A stretch of 64,000 nucleotides of DNA from Candidatus Parcubacteria bacterium (GTDB lineage Bacteria; Patescibacteriota; Patescibacteriia; UBA1558; GWA2-36-10). The notes beneath the pieces are model-generated. The model did no database searches. It was not told where the DNA came from and was given only the letters and a program-made list of their open reading frames with translations. The position numbers and the translations under genes are program-made. Positions 47,847 to 59,300 of this stretch are shown here, piece after piece. The DNA lies in the NCBI GenBank assembly GCA_018669975.1, contig JABHSK010000009.1, forward strand, positions 51,127 to 115,126, given 5' to 3'. How positions within the stretch are numbered: position 1 is the stretch's first letter; the number at the start of each line of letters is the position of its first letter.

Positions 47847-48707
47847 CTAAATATTTTTTAAATACTTTTTTAAATAAGCCTTTAACTCTTTCCTTTCGCT
47901 AGCATATTCTAGGGTGGCCTTTAATAAATTCAGTGGATCACCCGTAGTAAGCCATTCTCCGTCTTTAACTTCTTTAGCATAAAATTCTCCGCCAGACTTA
48001 ATATAATCACGAATAGCGTCTACTATCCAAAGTTCCTTGCCTTTGCCTAGTTTGGTTTTCTTCAAAACATCAACAATCTCTTGATTCAAAATCATTCGAC
48101 CAAAGTCAGCTAAACGAGAAGGTGCTTGATCTATCTGTGGTTTTTCCACTATGCCGTCGAGTTGCATTGTTTTTTTATCTTTTAGGCTAACTATACCGTA
48201 TCTATCTACTTGATTACGCGGAACTTCCTGCACACCAATCATCAGATGACCAGTTTTATTATAATCATCTATCATTTGCTTAGCAAAGGGAATTTTAGAT
48301 TTGACCAAGTCGTCTCCCCAGACATACATAAATGGCTCATCCTGGACCAGACTAGATGCTGATAAAACTGGCGTTCCGTTTCCATAGGGACCTTTTTGTC
48401 TAACATAAATAAAATTAGCCATCTCGGAAATCTTTTTAATTTCAGCTAATTTTTCTTTTTTACCTGCTTTAGCTAATTCGTTTTCTAAAGCCCAAGAATG
48501 ATCAAAATGATCTTCTAGTGGTTTCTTATCCCACTTAGTAACTAAAATTATATCTTCGATGCCACCAGCTACTAATTCCTCAACTACCAATTGAATAATT
48601 GGCTTGTCAACAATTGGCAACATCTCTTTGGGCATAGATTTAGTAGCTGGTAATAACCTTGTTCCTGAACCTGCTACCGCTACTATGGCCTTTTTAACTC
48701 TTTTCAT
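47847..48707 (-). CDS. galU: UTP--glucose-1-phosphate uridylyltransferase
   Basis: AIVAVAGSGTRLLPATKSMPKEMLPIVDKPIIQ N-terminal nucleotidyltransferase motif; 286 aa. Confidence 0.85.
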   Translation of the reverse strand: MKRVKKAIVAVAGSGTRLLPATKSMPKEMLPIVDKPIIQLVVEELVAGGIEDIILVTKWDKKPLEDHFDHSWALENELAKAGKKEKLAEIKKISEMANFIYVRQKGPYGNGTPVLSASSLVQDEPFMYVWGDDLVKSKIPFAKQMIDDYNKTGHLMIGVQEVPRNQVDRYGIVSLKDKKTMQLDGIVEKPQIDQAPSRLADFGRMILNQEIVDVLKKTKLGKGKELWIVDAIRDYIKSGGEFYAKEVKDGEWLTTGDPLNLLKATLEYASERKELKAYLKKYLKNI

Positions 48708-48742
48708 GTATATATTATACTAAAATTTAAGCTTTATGTAAA

Positions 48743-49414
48743 TCAATGTCTCTTGAAGATTAATCTGTGATGTTCTACAACGTGAATCAATGCATCAAAA
48801 ATGATTTTAATTAAAACCAATAATATTATAGCTGCAACGTTTAAATCTAAATTGGTCCATACTATAAAATATCCTAATAAAAATAAAGTTATGTGCATCA
48901 CTAATATTCTTTGGTATGGAACAAGCATCTGTTGTCGTAAGCTAATTTTCTTATATTCTTTTTTCCATAAAAAATTATATAAAAATGATGCGCCGTGGCT
49001 AACAAACAGAAAAAATAATGATAATAGAATTCCACCAATATATTCCGTGACCAATAAGAAGGCATTGTAGCCAGAGCTAACAACTTCTAGGTTTGGTTTA
49101 AATATAATCAACACCAATGATAAATGCACAAACATAAATAGTGCATAATGAACTATAAACATTGGAATTAACGAGGAATTCATTGATTTGTTTATTTTTA
49201 TCATTCGCAGCACGTTCAAAAAACCAACCACCCCACTCTCCAACCAATACAAAAGCATTATGGAAAAAATATCCCATTTAAAAAATAAAACACCGATCAG
49301 AGGAACTAAATTTGCACCGATCAATAAAAGCACTGACGGATGTTTTAAACTTTTTACCAATAATTCCTTTCGGCTTGGTTTTTTGAAAGTCGCGCTAAAA
49401 TCAAAAGCTAACAT
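48743..49414 (-). CDS. polytopic membrane protein, unknown function
   Basis: 223 aa, about 6 TM helices. Confidence 0.3.
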   Translation of the reverse strand: MLAFDFSATFKKPSRKELLVKSLKHPSVLLLIGANLVPLIGVLFFKWDIFSIMLLYWLESGVVGFLNVLRMIKINKSMNSSLIPMFIVHYALFMFVHLSLVLIIFKPNLEVVSSGYNAFLLVTEYIGGILLSLFFLFVSHGASFLYNFLWKKEYKKISLRQQMLVPYQRILVMHITLFLLGYFIVWTNLDLNVAAIILLVLIKIIFDALIHVVEHHRLIFKRH

Positions 49415-49417
49415 AAA

Positions 49418-50701
49418 CTATTTTATTTTTTTATCTTGTTGCACCACCAAGGTTAAACCAAGCATAATAAAAAATAGAACACTTAGATCATTCTTAAAAT
49501 ATGGAACATCTACTAAACCATGGATAAACCAAGTTAACCACATCATACTAAGTGGCCAAGCCCAAACACTTCGATTAGCAAATAATCTCTTGAGCAAATA
49601 GATGATCGATATTAGTATAAGCAAAAATACAATGAGTCCAGCTAAGCCGAGCTCTGTCCAAAAATTCAAAAATATATTATGCGGGTATAAATAAATTTCC
49701 AACCATTGATACTGATGATAAGCCAATAAACCGTCCTGATAACCATCAATACCTAATCCAAAGATAAGGTTATCCTGAAGCATATCGGTTGTTTCTTGCC
49801 ATTGATTCAGACGGATATCTACCGAACTAGATTGTAGGTCTAGTTTTGGATTTATATTTGTTGTCAAAGCTGACTCTATTTTTTCTGTTGGTAAAATTAC
49901 AATTGCAATTAAGGTCATTATTACTAGGGGAATGCCGATTTTCCGAATCTTTTTAGCTAAAATTAGCCAAAGTAAAATCGACAAACCTAGAGCTAAAATC
50001 GCTCCATCACTCCTAGACAATAAAGCCAAAATTAGACCCGCTATAAAGGCTATTAAGTAGATAATTTCTTTCAGCTTATTTTTACTGTAGGCCCACAGCC
50101 CAAAAAACAAAGCTGTTATTGGCGCTACTAATAAAGCCAAGGCATTGGGGTAAGAAAATACTCCTGTTAATCTTTTTATATTAGGTGGATTATAAGCAGC
50201 AATAAAATTCCAATCACTAAAATTTTGATACATGGTTGTTATCAATAACCAAATCACCAACACACCTAGAGCCTTAATAATATTTATAATATCCTGTCGA
50301 CTTTTTACTGAGTATATAAAAACTAAAAAAAACATAATTGGTTCCAGCCAATAGGCTCGCCATAAACCCAAAGAAGTATAGGTGAAATTGATAACAAGGG
50401 CTAAAATGCTAACTAATAACCAAGTCACTAATAAATATCGCCACTTAACCGGCAAAACATTGTACGCTTTTTTACTTAGTGAAAAATTTATCTTAGTTAT
50501 CCTCTTACCCTTAAGTAACCAAATAACAAACAACGAAATTATCATCAACTCTAAAAACGTTGACGGTAAATTGAACAACGTAACACGCCATAAATATGTA
50601 GGTAGCAAGGCTACGATAATAGCCACACCCCAGATTGTACGTTTATAGCTTGATATAACAAAGGCTATTAACGCTATCAGCATAAATATCTCGCTAATCA
50701 T
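49418..50701 (-). CDS. O-antigen ligase/polymerase-like (Wzy/WaaL family) polytopic membrane protein
   Basis: 427 aa, about 12 TM helices with a large loop; operon context with the Wzx-like flippase. Confidence 0.4.
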   Translation of the reverse strand: MISEIFMLIALIAFVISSYKRTIWGVAIIVALLPTYLWRVTLFNLPSTFLELMIISLFVIWLLKGKRITKINFSLSKKAYNVLPVKWRYLLVTWLLVSILALVINFTYTSLGLWRAYWLEPIMFFLVFIYSVKSRQDIINIIKALGVLVIWLLITTMYQNFSDWNFIAAYNPPNIKRLTGVFSYPNALALLVAPITALFFGLWAYSKNKLKEIIYLIAFIAGLILALLSRSDGAILALGLSILLWLILAKKIRKIGIPLVIMTLIAIVILPTEKIESALTTNINPKLDLQSSSVDIRLNQWQETTDMLQDNLIFGLGIDGYQDGLLAYHQYQWLEIYLYPHNIFLNFWTELGLAGLIVFLLILISIIYLLKRLFANRSVWAWPLSMMWLTWFIHGLVDVPYFKNDLSVLFFIMLGLTLVVQQDKKIK

Positions 50702-52125
50702 GTTTGTTTATTAAATAATTCTTTAACTAATTTTTTATCCACTGCTTTGGTCCAATATAAGACAGTCAAATAAACAAGGCCGGTTATCAGTATAGCAAAA
50801 ATTAAATTAAATTCTTTTATTGCCCAACCTGAAAGTAACGCTACTGTACCAGCTAATAAACTTTTATTAAAAACTTTAAAATTTAAAGATATCTTTAGTT
50901 GTTGTCTAGCAACTAGATAAGCAAACACCACTATCAGCGCTTCTATAAATAGCGTCATATAGGCTGCCCCCCAATATGAATATCTAGGAATAAAAATAAA
51001 ATAACCTATGGCGCCAATAATAGCTGCAAACAAAAAATATTTTATCATTTTCTTTTGTGCACCCAATGCAACTATCATATAAGTAAATAAGGTGCCGAAA
51101 AAAATGATAGCTGTAGCCACTACCAGCACATTCAAAATTGCCCCTGAAGCAGCAAATTCTTTTCCTGCCAACAAAATCATCAACGGTCGATTAACAATCC
51201 ATATACCCACTATCATTCCTATGGTTAATATACTAAAAAAATCAAAACTATGTTGCCAAAGCATTTTCAACTTTGACAGATTCTTACTAATCCAAGCAGC
51301 TGTAAATAAAGGCAGAATTAAACTCATAAACATATGAGGGAAAGTGGCTAATACTTCCAAAACTTTGTAGGGAGCACCATAAAGACCAACGTCCTCCGGA
51401 GAATGAAAGGCTGAGAGAATTAATGTGTCAGCCTTAAAATAGACCAAATTTAAAACTACTGTTATGGCTAAAGGCCAGGTACGGAAAAAAACTTTTTTCC
51501 AGTATCTAAAATCCCAGGCAAAACGTAATGTGACGTATTTCTTTAATAGAAAATAAAAAATAATAAAACTAATAACAAAAACAATTGAGTGTAGCAGTAA
51601 AACCACATTTAAACTTCCACCTGCTTTGAAAAGATAAACTAAAGATCCTAAATATAACACTCTGTTTACTAGGTCAACTGAAGCTGCCTTGGGCATATCT
51701 AGTTTCTTTGAAAAAACTGCAGTCAGGGTAGACATTAGGCTTTGAAAGAAAAATACAAAAACAAAAAATACGACGCCATCTTTTACTATTTGATCATAGG
51801 GAAAGAACTTTATAACTACTGGTACTAATAACAAAATAAGTAAAGAGGAAAAAAATCTAATAGTAAAAATGTTGTTTACTACCCGGCTTTCTTCTGAACG
51901 TGTCTCAACTGCGGAAATTTCCCTAAGTAAAGTAAGAAATAATCCTAGGTCAGCTAATATCATGAACATCTGCACAAAAGCAAAAACAGTAGTATAAAAA
52001 CCAAAGCCAGTTTGACCTAAAATTCTAGTAATTAAAGCTAAATTAAAAACACCTATTACTACGGTAATCACACGAATAACAACTTGCCACAGAGTGTTAG
52101 TAAATATTTTATTGGCTACAGACAT
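50698..52125 (-). CDS. polysaccharide biosynthesis protein / oligosaccharide flippase (Wzx-like, MOP superfamily)
   Basis: 475 aa, 12-14 TM helices, N-terminal region typical of Polysacc_synt family. Confidence 0.6.
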   Translation of the reverse strand: MSVANKIFTNTLWQVVIRVITVVIGVFNLALITRILGQTGFGFYTTVFAFVQMFMILADLGLFLTLLREISAVETRSEESRVVNNIFTIRFFSSLLILLLVPVVIKFFPYDQIVKDGVVFFVFVFFFQSLMSTLTAVFSKKLDMPKAASVDLVNRVLYLGSLVYLFKAGGSLNVVLLLHSIVFVISFIIFYFLLKKYVTLRFAWDFRYWKKVFFRTWPLAITVVLNLVYFKADTLILSAFHSPEDVGLYGAPYKVLEVLATFPHMFMSLILPLFTAAWISKNLSKLKMLWQHSFDFFSILTIGMIVGIWIVNRPLMILLAGKEFAASGAILNVLVVATAIIFFGTLFTYMIVALGAQKKMIKYFLFAAIIGAIGYFIFIPRYSYWGAAYMTLFIEALIVVFAYLVARQQLKISLNFKVFNKSLLAGTVALLSGWAIKEFNLIFAILITGLVYLTVLYWTKAVDKKLVKELFNKQT

Positions 52126-52160
52126 ACTAAGATTATACTAATTTAAGGTAAATAAAACAA

Positions 52161-52184
52161 CCCGCCCGGCAAATGCCGGGCGGG
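52161..52184 (-). terminator. GC-rich intrinsic terminator downstream of recA
   Basis: cccgcccggcaaatgccgggcggg followed on the minus strand by a T-rich run. Confidence 0.6.
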
Positions 52185-52198
52185 CATAAAATATAAAT

Positions 52199-53221
52199 TT
52201 AAGCTTCTGCAGTTTTGTATTCTTTCCAGATTTTTTTTCTTAGTTCGGCGATTAGTTTTTTATCACCCTTTAAAAAACTTTTAGCGTTTTCTCTGCCGAC
52301 ACCTATTTTGGTATCACCATAAGAATATGAATTACCAGCCTTACTAATAATACCAAAGGCTAGTCCAGTATCTAAAATGTCTCCGGCTACAGAAATACCT
52401 TCGTTGTACATGATATCAAAAACAGTATTCTTAAATGGAGCCGCTACTTTATTCTTAACTACCTTAGCTTTAACTTGGTTACCTATAATCTTTTCACCTT
52501 GTTTAATCTGAGCAGAACGTCTAACCTCTATTCTAACTGATGAATAAAATTTAAGCGCATTACCACCCGTAGTTGTTTCAGGGTTTCCAAAGAAAACACC
52601 TATCTTCATCCTAATCTGATTAATAAAGACAACAGTAGTCTTACTTTTGTGTACTATGCCGGCCAACTTTCTAAGTGCTTGACTCATTAACCTAGCCTGT
52701 AAGCCCATATGAGAATCTCCCATATCACCCTCTATCTCTGCCTTTGGTACCAAAGCAGCTACAGAGTCAACCACTATTACATCAACCCCACCTGAACGTA
52801 CTAGAGTCTCTACTATTTCTAAGGCTTGCTCACCTGTATCTGGCTGTGATATCAATAAATTATTAACATCAACTCCAATTTTTTTAGCATATTCAGGGTC
52901 CAGAGCATGCTCAGCATCTACAAAAGCGGCTATACCACCTTCTTTTTGTACTTCAGCCACTATATGTTGTGCCAGAGTGGTCTTACCTGAAGATTCTGGT
53001 CCGTAAATTTCTACAATACGACCCTTCGGCACTCCGCCAATACCCAAAGCTATATCTAAAGATAAACAACCAGTACTAACTGCGTCTACATTCATTGCTT
53101 TGGCTTCACCAAGGCTCATTATAGAGCCCGCACCAAAACGAGTTCTAATTTGCTCAATAGCTGTCTTTGTCGCCTGATCAAATTTATCCTTTTTTTCTTT
53201 TGGTTTCTTTTCTGTTGCCAT
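52199..53221 (-). CDS. recA: recombinase A
   Basis: [10 protein letters not shown] Walker [11 protein letters not shown]1/L2 loops; 340 aa. Confidence 0.95.
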   Translation of the reverse strand: MATEKKPKEKKDKFDQATKTAIEQIRTRFGAGSIMSLGEAKAMNVDAVSTGCLSLDIALGIGGVPKGRIVEIYGPESSGKTTLAQHIVAEVQKEGGIAAFVDAEHALDPEYAKKIGVDVNNLLISQPDTGEQALEIVETLVRSGGVDVIVVDSVAALVPKAEIEGDMGDSHMGLQARLMSQALRKLAGIVHKSKTTVVFINQIRMKIGVFFGNPETTTGGNALKFYSSVRIEVRRSAQIKQGEKIIGNQVKAKVVKNKVAAPFKNTVFDIMYNEGISVAGDILDTGLAFGIISKAGNSYSYGDTKIGVGRENAKSFLKGDKKLIAELRKKIWKEYKTAEA

Positions 53222-53277
53222 ATGTTTGTCCTTCTTTTGAGCAAACTAGCCTGTATTGCTTGCTTATTACTTATTAT

Positions 53278-53955
53278 TTATTCTATTACCTCTCTTAAAA
53301 TATCTAATTCTAAAACATTGGTTTTACTATGTTTCTTTTTAGCACTTATTTGTAAATTATTCAAGCCAACAATCAAATTAATGACCTGACTAAAATTTCC
53401 ATCATGGTCCAGTAAAACAGTTTCGTTGTTTATTGTTAACTGAACCTCTGCCTGTGTCTGCCCTTTAACCAAAACACTGCTTTCGGTAGTACGAAAATTA
53501 TCACCTGGTTCCAAAATAACAACTTTTGGAGGGGCTACAATATTATACAGCTCCCAGCCCAAATATCCAAGTAGCACCCCTACCACTAAAGCAATCACGA
53601 CCACTTTAAGGGTCTTTGGACCTAAAAAATTGTGCTTAGAAACCTCTTTCACCTTAACTGGCTTATCAATACTACTAATTTTATCACTAATGTTCTTTTC
53701 TACCTTATAATCAAATAACAATTCTTGACTAGGAATTTCTAAAAACTCTGCATATAGTTTTATCCATGCTTTAGCATACATATTACCCGGCAATAGATGA
53801 TAATCACCGCTTTCTAATATTTCGAGATATTTTATTTGAATACTTGTGCCCCTATAAACATCTTCTAGGGATAATTCCTTATCAAGTCTAACCTGTTTTA
53901 ATTTATCTCCAAGTGTCTGTCCCTTACTGATTTGCTTTCTTTTGAATCTCTGCAT
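53278..53955 (-). CDS. HTH (XRE-like) domain membrane protein, RodZ-like
   Basis: N-terminal LGDKLKQVRLDKELSLEDV HTH, single TM helix (VVIALVVGVLLGYLGW), C-terminal beta-rich domain. Confidence 0.5.
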   Translation of the reverse strand: MQRFKRKQISKGQTLGDKLKQVRLDKELSLEDVYRGTSIQIKYLEILESGDYHLLPGNMYAKAWIKLYAEFLEIPSQELLFDYKVEKNISDKISSIDKPVKVKEVSKHNFLGPKTLKVVVIALVVGVLLGYLGWELYNIVAPPKVVILEPGDNFRTTESSVLVKGQTQAEVQLTINNETVLLDHDGNFSQVINLIVGLNNLQISAKKKHSKTNVLELDILREVIE

Positions 53956-53962
53956 AAATCAC

Positions 53963-56227
53963 TTATTTATCTTCGTCTTCCTCTTCATATTCATAATCCT
54001 CATCTTCTTCTGACTCATCACCATCCTCCTCATCTACGTCTTCTTCCTCAATCTCCTCCTCATCTAGTGGTGATGAAAAATTTTCTTCTAGCTCTTCTTG
54101 TGATATAAAAACTTCCCTTGGTTTTGCTCCATCAGCTGGACTAACCACTCCCATTTCTTCTAAAATGTCTAGCAATCTAGCTGCTCTAGCATAACCAACT
54201 CTTAAACGGCGCTGTAATAATGTAGCTGAAGCTTTACCAGCCTTAATAACTATTTCTTTAGCATCTAGTGTTAGTTCGTCTTCAAAGTCTTCGTTACCGC
54301 CAAAACCTGGCACCCCTTTACCAGCTTTTTCAGTTACCTTATCATTGTATTCTGGTTCCGCTTGATCTTTAATAAACTCCATAACATCTGTTATCTCTTC
54401 ATCGGAAACAAAAGCTCCTTGAATACGCCTTTGTTGTGAGCTGTCAGAAGTCATAAATAACATATCTCCTTTACCTAGCAATTTTTCTGCACCAGAAGTA
54501 TCAATAATTGTTCTGGAATCCATAGACGATGCTACCGCAAAAGCAATACGAGATGTAATATTAGCCTTAATCAATCCCGTAATAACATCGACAGACGGCC
54601 GCTGAGTAGCTAGAATCAAATGTATACCTGCAGCTCTGCCTAGTTGGGCCAAACTAACCACGGCCGCTTCTACCTCCTTGGCTGCCAAAGACATTAAAGC
54701 AGCAAATTCATCGACTATAACTACTATATAAGGCAGGCGATTAACTATTACTGCTTTATTATAACTGTCTATATTTTTTTTTCCAGCTGCTTGCAACAGT
54801 TTATACCTTTCTTGCATCTCTGAAACCACCCAACGAAGGGCGTTGATGGTTTTATCGGTCTCATTAATAACTGGTGTCAAAAGATGTGGACTGTTATTAA
54901 ATGAGGTTAATTCCACTCTCTTGGGATCAATTAAAATAAATTTTAAATCCTCTGGGGAATTCTGATAAATCAAACTAAGAATAATATTATTAATAGCAAC
55001 TGATTTACCAGATCCAGTTGAACCAGCAATCAATAGGTGCGGCATGGCTGCTAAGTTAGCCAGGATAGCCTTGCCGCTGACATCCTTACCTAAGGCTAAA
55101 TGAAGATTATTTTTTCTTTTTTTATATTCACTGCTCTCCAAAATATCCCTAAGTTTTACTATAGACACACTCTGGTTGGGAACCTCGATTCCTACTAATG
55201 ATTTACCAGGAATGGGTGCCTCCATACGCAAAGGGTGTGCAGCCAAAGCTAGAGACAAATCGTTCTGTAAAGTCAACATTTGTGAAAGCTTAACACCATC
55301 AGCTGGTCTTAAAGTATATTGCGTAACAGTAGGACCAACATTAACATCGCTCATAGTTACATCAATGCCAAAGTTTTCCAGAGTCTTCTTAATCTTGTTC
55401 ATGTTAGCATTAACGTCCCCTGAGTCTGGTTTACCACTAGATTTCTTGAGCAACTCAATAGGTACAACAATTTTTTTACGCGGCTTTTTCTTAGCTGGCT
55501 CTTCATCCTCCTCTGGATCTCCTTCGTCGTCTTCCTCTTCTTCTCCCTCATCCTCCTCTGGATCTCCTTCGTCGTCTTCCTCTTCTTCTTCATCGGGCTC
55601 AAACTCTGACCCCTCCTCGTCGTCTTCCTCTTCATCATCTTCTTCGTCATCTTCCTCCGTCAAAAACTTTTCCTTGAGTATACCCAAGGCCTTAGCTCTT
55701 TCAGTAATATCTTTAAATGATGTATTAAAAGCCAGAAATATTCCGATCAATAACATGGCTATTAAAACTACCAATGTGCCCCAAAATCCTAATAATTTTT
55801 CAAAGCCCACGCCAACACCAAATCCCAAGGCACCACCACCGGTTCCTGCTTTAGTAATTTCTTTAAATGTAAACTCATCTACAAAAAAGTGTAATATACC
55901 AGCAAAAGAAACAATAATTAAAAAAAGTCCAATATAGCTAATGAGCTTAACTTTGTATTGTCCGCTCTTTAATAAAATAAATCCTAAAAATATCAACACT
56001 AATATAAACAACCAATCACCCCAGCCAAATAAATAAGCTAAAGCAAAATTAAGACCCCTGCCCAGAGCCCCAGCCAAATCAAACATTGATAGAATACTTA
56101 AAAAAGCAATTACAAAAATCAGAATAGTGAAAATGGCTCCCTTGGTCTCGGGATTGAGATGAAAACCATCCTCTTCATACTCATCTCTATAAGATCTCCT
56201 TTTTTTAGGTTTTTTTCTTCCAAACAT
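53963..56227 (-). CDS. ftsK: DNA translocase FtsK/SpoIIIE with long acidic linker and acidic C-terminal tail
   Basis: 4-5 N-terminal TM helices, poly-Asp/Glu linker, motor domain Walker A GSTGSGKS, gamma domain LLQRRLRVGYARAARLLDILEEMGVV, then a 50-aa acidic tail. Confidence 0.9.
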   Translation of the reverse strand: MFGRKKPKKRRSYRDEYEEDGFHLNPETKGAIFTILIFVIAFLSILSMFDLAGALGRGLNFALAYLFGWGDWLFILVLIFLGFILLKSGQYKVKLISYIGLFLIIVSFAGILHFFVDEFTFKEITKAGTGGGALGFGVGVGFEKLLGFWGTLVVLIAMLLIGIFLAFNTSFKDITERAKALGILKEKFLTEEDDEEDDEEEDDEEGSEFEPDEEEEEDDEGDPEEDEGEEEEDDEGDPEEDEEPAKKKPRKKIVVPIELLKKSSGKPDSGDVNANMNKIKKTLENFGIDVTMSDVNVGPTVTQYTLRPADGVKLSQMLTLQNDLSLALAAHPLRMEAPIPGKSLVGIEVPNQSVSIVKLRDILESSEYKKRKNNLHLALGKDVSGKAILANLAAMPHLLIAGSTGSGKSVAINNIILSLIYQNSPEDLKFILIDPKRVELTSFNNSPHLLTPVINETDKTINALRWVVSEMQERYKLLQAAGKKNIDSYNKAVIVNRLPYIVVIVDEFAALMSLAAKEVEAAVVSLAQLGRAAGIHLILATQRPSVDVITGLIKANITSRIAFAVASSMDSRTIIDTSGAEKLLGKGDMLFMTSDSSQQRRIQGAFVSDEEITDVMEFIKDQAEPEYNDKVTEKAGKGVPGFGGNEDFEDELTLDAKEIVIKAGKASATLLQRRLRVGYARAARLLDILEEMGVVSPADGAKPREVFISQEELEENFSSPLDEEEIEEEDVDEEDGDESEEDEDYEYEEEDEDK

Positions 56228-56310
56228 ATTTAGTATATTTTATAATTTTTTACCTAAGTTGTATATATTTTAACATATAATTAGATAAAAATAAACTGCT
56301 CAAATATAAG

Positions 56311-56336
56311 AAAAACCCTTAATTTTAGGGGTTTTT
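56311..56336 (-). terminator. intrinsic terminator downstream of rpoC
   Basis: aaaaacccttaattttaggggttttt. Confidence 0.6.
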
Positions 56337-56364
56337 CTATGATAAGTTTTCTTTTATAATTCCT

Positions 56365-59300
56365 CTATCCTTTAAAGCCAGTGCCGGCTGGTATTTTACG
56401 ACCAATGATAACGTTTTCTTTAAGGCCTCGCAGATGATCTACTTTACCAGTGATGGCTGCATCAATTAATACTCTGGCTGTTTCCTGAAATGAAGCAGCG
56501 GATAAAAACGAGTCTGAGGTTAAAGATGCTTTGGTAATACCTAATAACAACACCTCACCTTTGGCCTTCTTACCTTTAGCTTTAACCTTGGCATTGGCTT
56601 CTCTAAATTGTGTAGAAGTAATAATCTCACCTGGTAATAAATCCGCATCACCAACATCTTTAACTAACAATCTAGAAAACATCTGCTTAACAATCAACTC
56701 AACGTGTTTATCATTTAAATTCTGACCTTGTGATGAGTAGATATTCTTAATCTCTTTGATAATATATTCCTGCACAGCTAGTTTGCCCTGCAAACTAAAC
56801 AGTTCGTGTAAATCAATACTACCCTCGGTTATCTGCTGACCCTCAATAACAATGTCTTTATTTTTAATCCATAAATTGTATCCGGCTGGGATAATAACTT
56901 CTTGTGTTTCAGTTTCTTGGCTAACAACCTTTATTTCCTTATCGGTCAATTTAACTAGGCCATTCAATTTAGTTCTAACTTCTTTACCATCTTCAACAAA
57001 TAAGACTTGATCGGCTTCTATTTCTTTACCATCCTTAACTTTAATTTCTATTTTTTTATTAAGATCATAGGTTTCTATACGGCTACCCTGAGGTTTAACC
57101 TTGATAATTCTTGGATCTTTGCTGACTAACTTATTATCATCATCAATACTAACTATTCCAGCTAATGGTGCTAAAATCGCTTTCTTCTTAGGTGGGCGAG
57201 CTTCAAACAACTCTTCAACTCGAGGTAAACCTTGAGTAATATCACCTCCAGCTACACCACCCATATGAAAAGTTCTCATGGTTAACTGCGTACCAGGCTC
57301 ACCAATACTTTGAGCAGCAACAACTCCAACAGCAGCACCCATTTCAACTAGTCTATTATGTCCTAAGTCGTATCCATAACACTTCTGACAAGTACCCCTG
57401 ATAGATTTACAGGTAAGCACAGCGCGAACTCTAATTTGCTCTGGATCAGCATCTTTTATTTGCTCAGATACCTCTTTAGTAATCAATGTGCCTTTTTTAA
57501 CAACTATTTTATCTTTCTTGTCTTTTATGCCTTCTGCTAAAACACGACCAACTACCCTACCAAATAAAGGTTCGTTAACCTTCTCACTTTCTTCTTTGGT
57601 CAAAATTAAACCTTCATCATCTTTACAGTCTGTTTCTAATACCACCATATCTTGTGATACATCAACTAGTCTCCTAGTTAAATATCCAGCACTAGCTGTA
57701 CGTAGAGCAGTATCAGACAAGCCTTTACGTGTACCATGAGTAGAAATGAAATATTCCAGCACATCTAAACCTTCTTGAAAATTAGCCTTCACCGGCAATT
57801 CAATAATTTCACCAGCCGGATTAATCACCAAGCCTTTCATGCCCATTATTTGAATCATCTGTGACATTGATCCTCTAGCACCAGAATTAATAATGGTAGA
57901 GATAGAATTGTCTGGGGCCATAATACCAGCACCATGCTCAGTAATACGATTTTTTATTTCTGTCCAAACCTCAATTACTTTAACGTATCTTTCTTTGTTG
58001 GTTAACAAACCATCGTTATATTGCTCTTTAATTGCTTCAATTTTCTTTTCTGCTTCTTTAATAAGGTCTTCTTTGATATTTAATTTAGGAATATCATCCA
58101 TACCCCATGACAAACCTGAAGCAGTGATGTATTTAAAGGTTATATTTTTTATGTTGTCCAAAAGTTTTACTGTTTCTTCGTGAGGAAATAGACGAAAAGA
58201 GTCAGCAATTATATCTTTTAGGCCTTTCTTGTCTAATAACTTATTTACGTAATCCATTTTGGCTGGCAAAATCTTATTTAATAGAATACGTCCAATGGAT
58301 GTTTCTATAACATTCTCCCCAGCCCTCTCTACTCTAACCTTAATTGGATCCTGTAAGCCAATAATACCTAAATTAAAAGCCTTTTCAGCTTCATCCTCAT
58401 CGGAAAAAGCCTTGCTAGCTTTAACGCCTTCTTTTATAAAGGTTAAATAATAACCACCCCAAACCATATCTTGACTAGGAATGGCTACTGGTTCACCAGT
58501 GGCTGGTTTAAGTAGATTTTTTGAAGACAACATAATTTCAGCCGCCTCCTTCTTACCATCTTCTGTTAGAGGCACATGGACAGCCATTTGGTCGCCATCA
58601 AAGTCAGCATTAAAAGCACTACACACCAAAGGGTGTAAATGAATGGCTTTACCTTCAATCAAAACTGGTTGAAAAGCTTGAATACCAAGTCTGTGCAAAG
58701 TAGGAGCACGATTAAGCATAACATGCGCACCTTTGACTACTTCTTCTAAAATAGCCCAAACTTCTTGGTGCCCTGCTTCAATATATCTATTAGCACTACG
58801 TACATTATGTACTAGCTCGTCTTTTATTAATCTAGAGATAACAAACGGCTTAAACAACTCTAAAGCCATTGTCTTTGGCAAGCCGCATTGATTTAATTTT
58901 AAGTGTGGCCCAATAACAATTACTGAACGACCTGAATAATCAACACGTTTACCTAATAAGTTCTGTCTAAAACGACCCTGCTTACCTTTTAACATGTCGG
59001 CAATACTCTTGAGGGTTCTTTTTTGACCAGTAGAAGCAGTGACCGTTTTACCATGACGAGCATTATTATCAATCAAGGCATCAACAGCTTCTTGAAGCAT
59101 GCGTTTTTCATTACGTTGAATAACTTCGGGAGCATTCAAATCTTTCAACCTCTTAAGACGATTGTTTCTATTAATAACTCTTCGATATAAGTCATTTAAG
59201 TCAGAAGACGCAAAACGTCCACCGTCCAATTGAACCATTGGTCTTAGGTCTGGAGGAATAACTGGAATAGCTGTCATGATCATCCACTCTGGTTTAATCT

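Noticed and set aside
55176-55937. 253-aa Ser-rich plus-strand ORF
   Set aside because: It is the antisense reading of the FtsK poly-Asp/Glu linker (GAA/GAC repeats read as TCx Ser codons), a low-complexity artefact.
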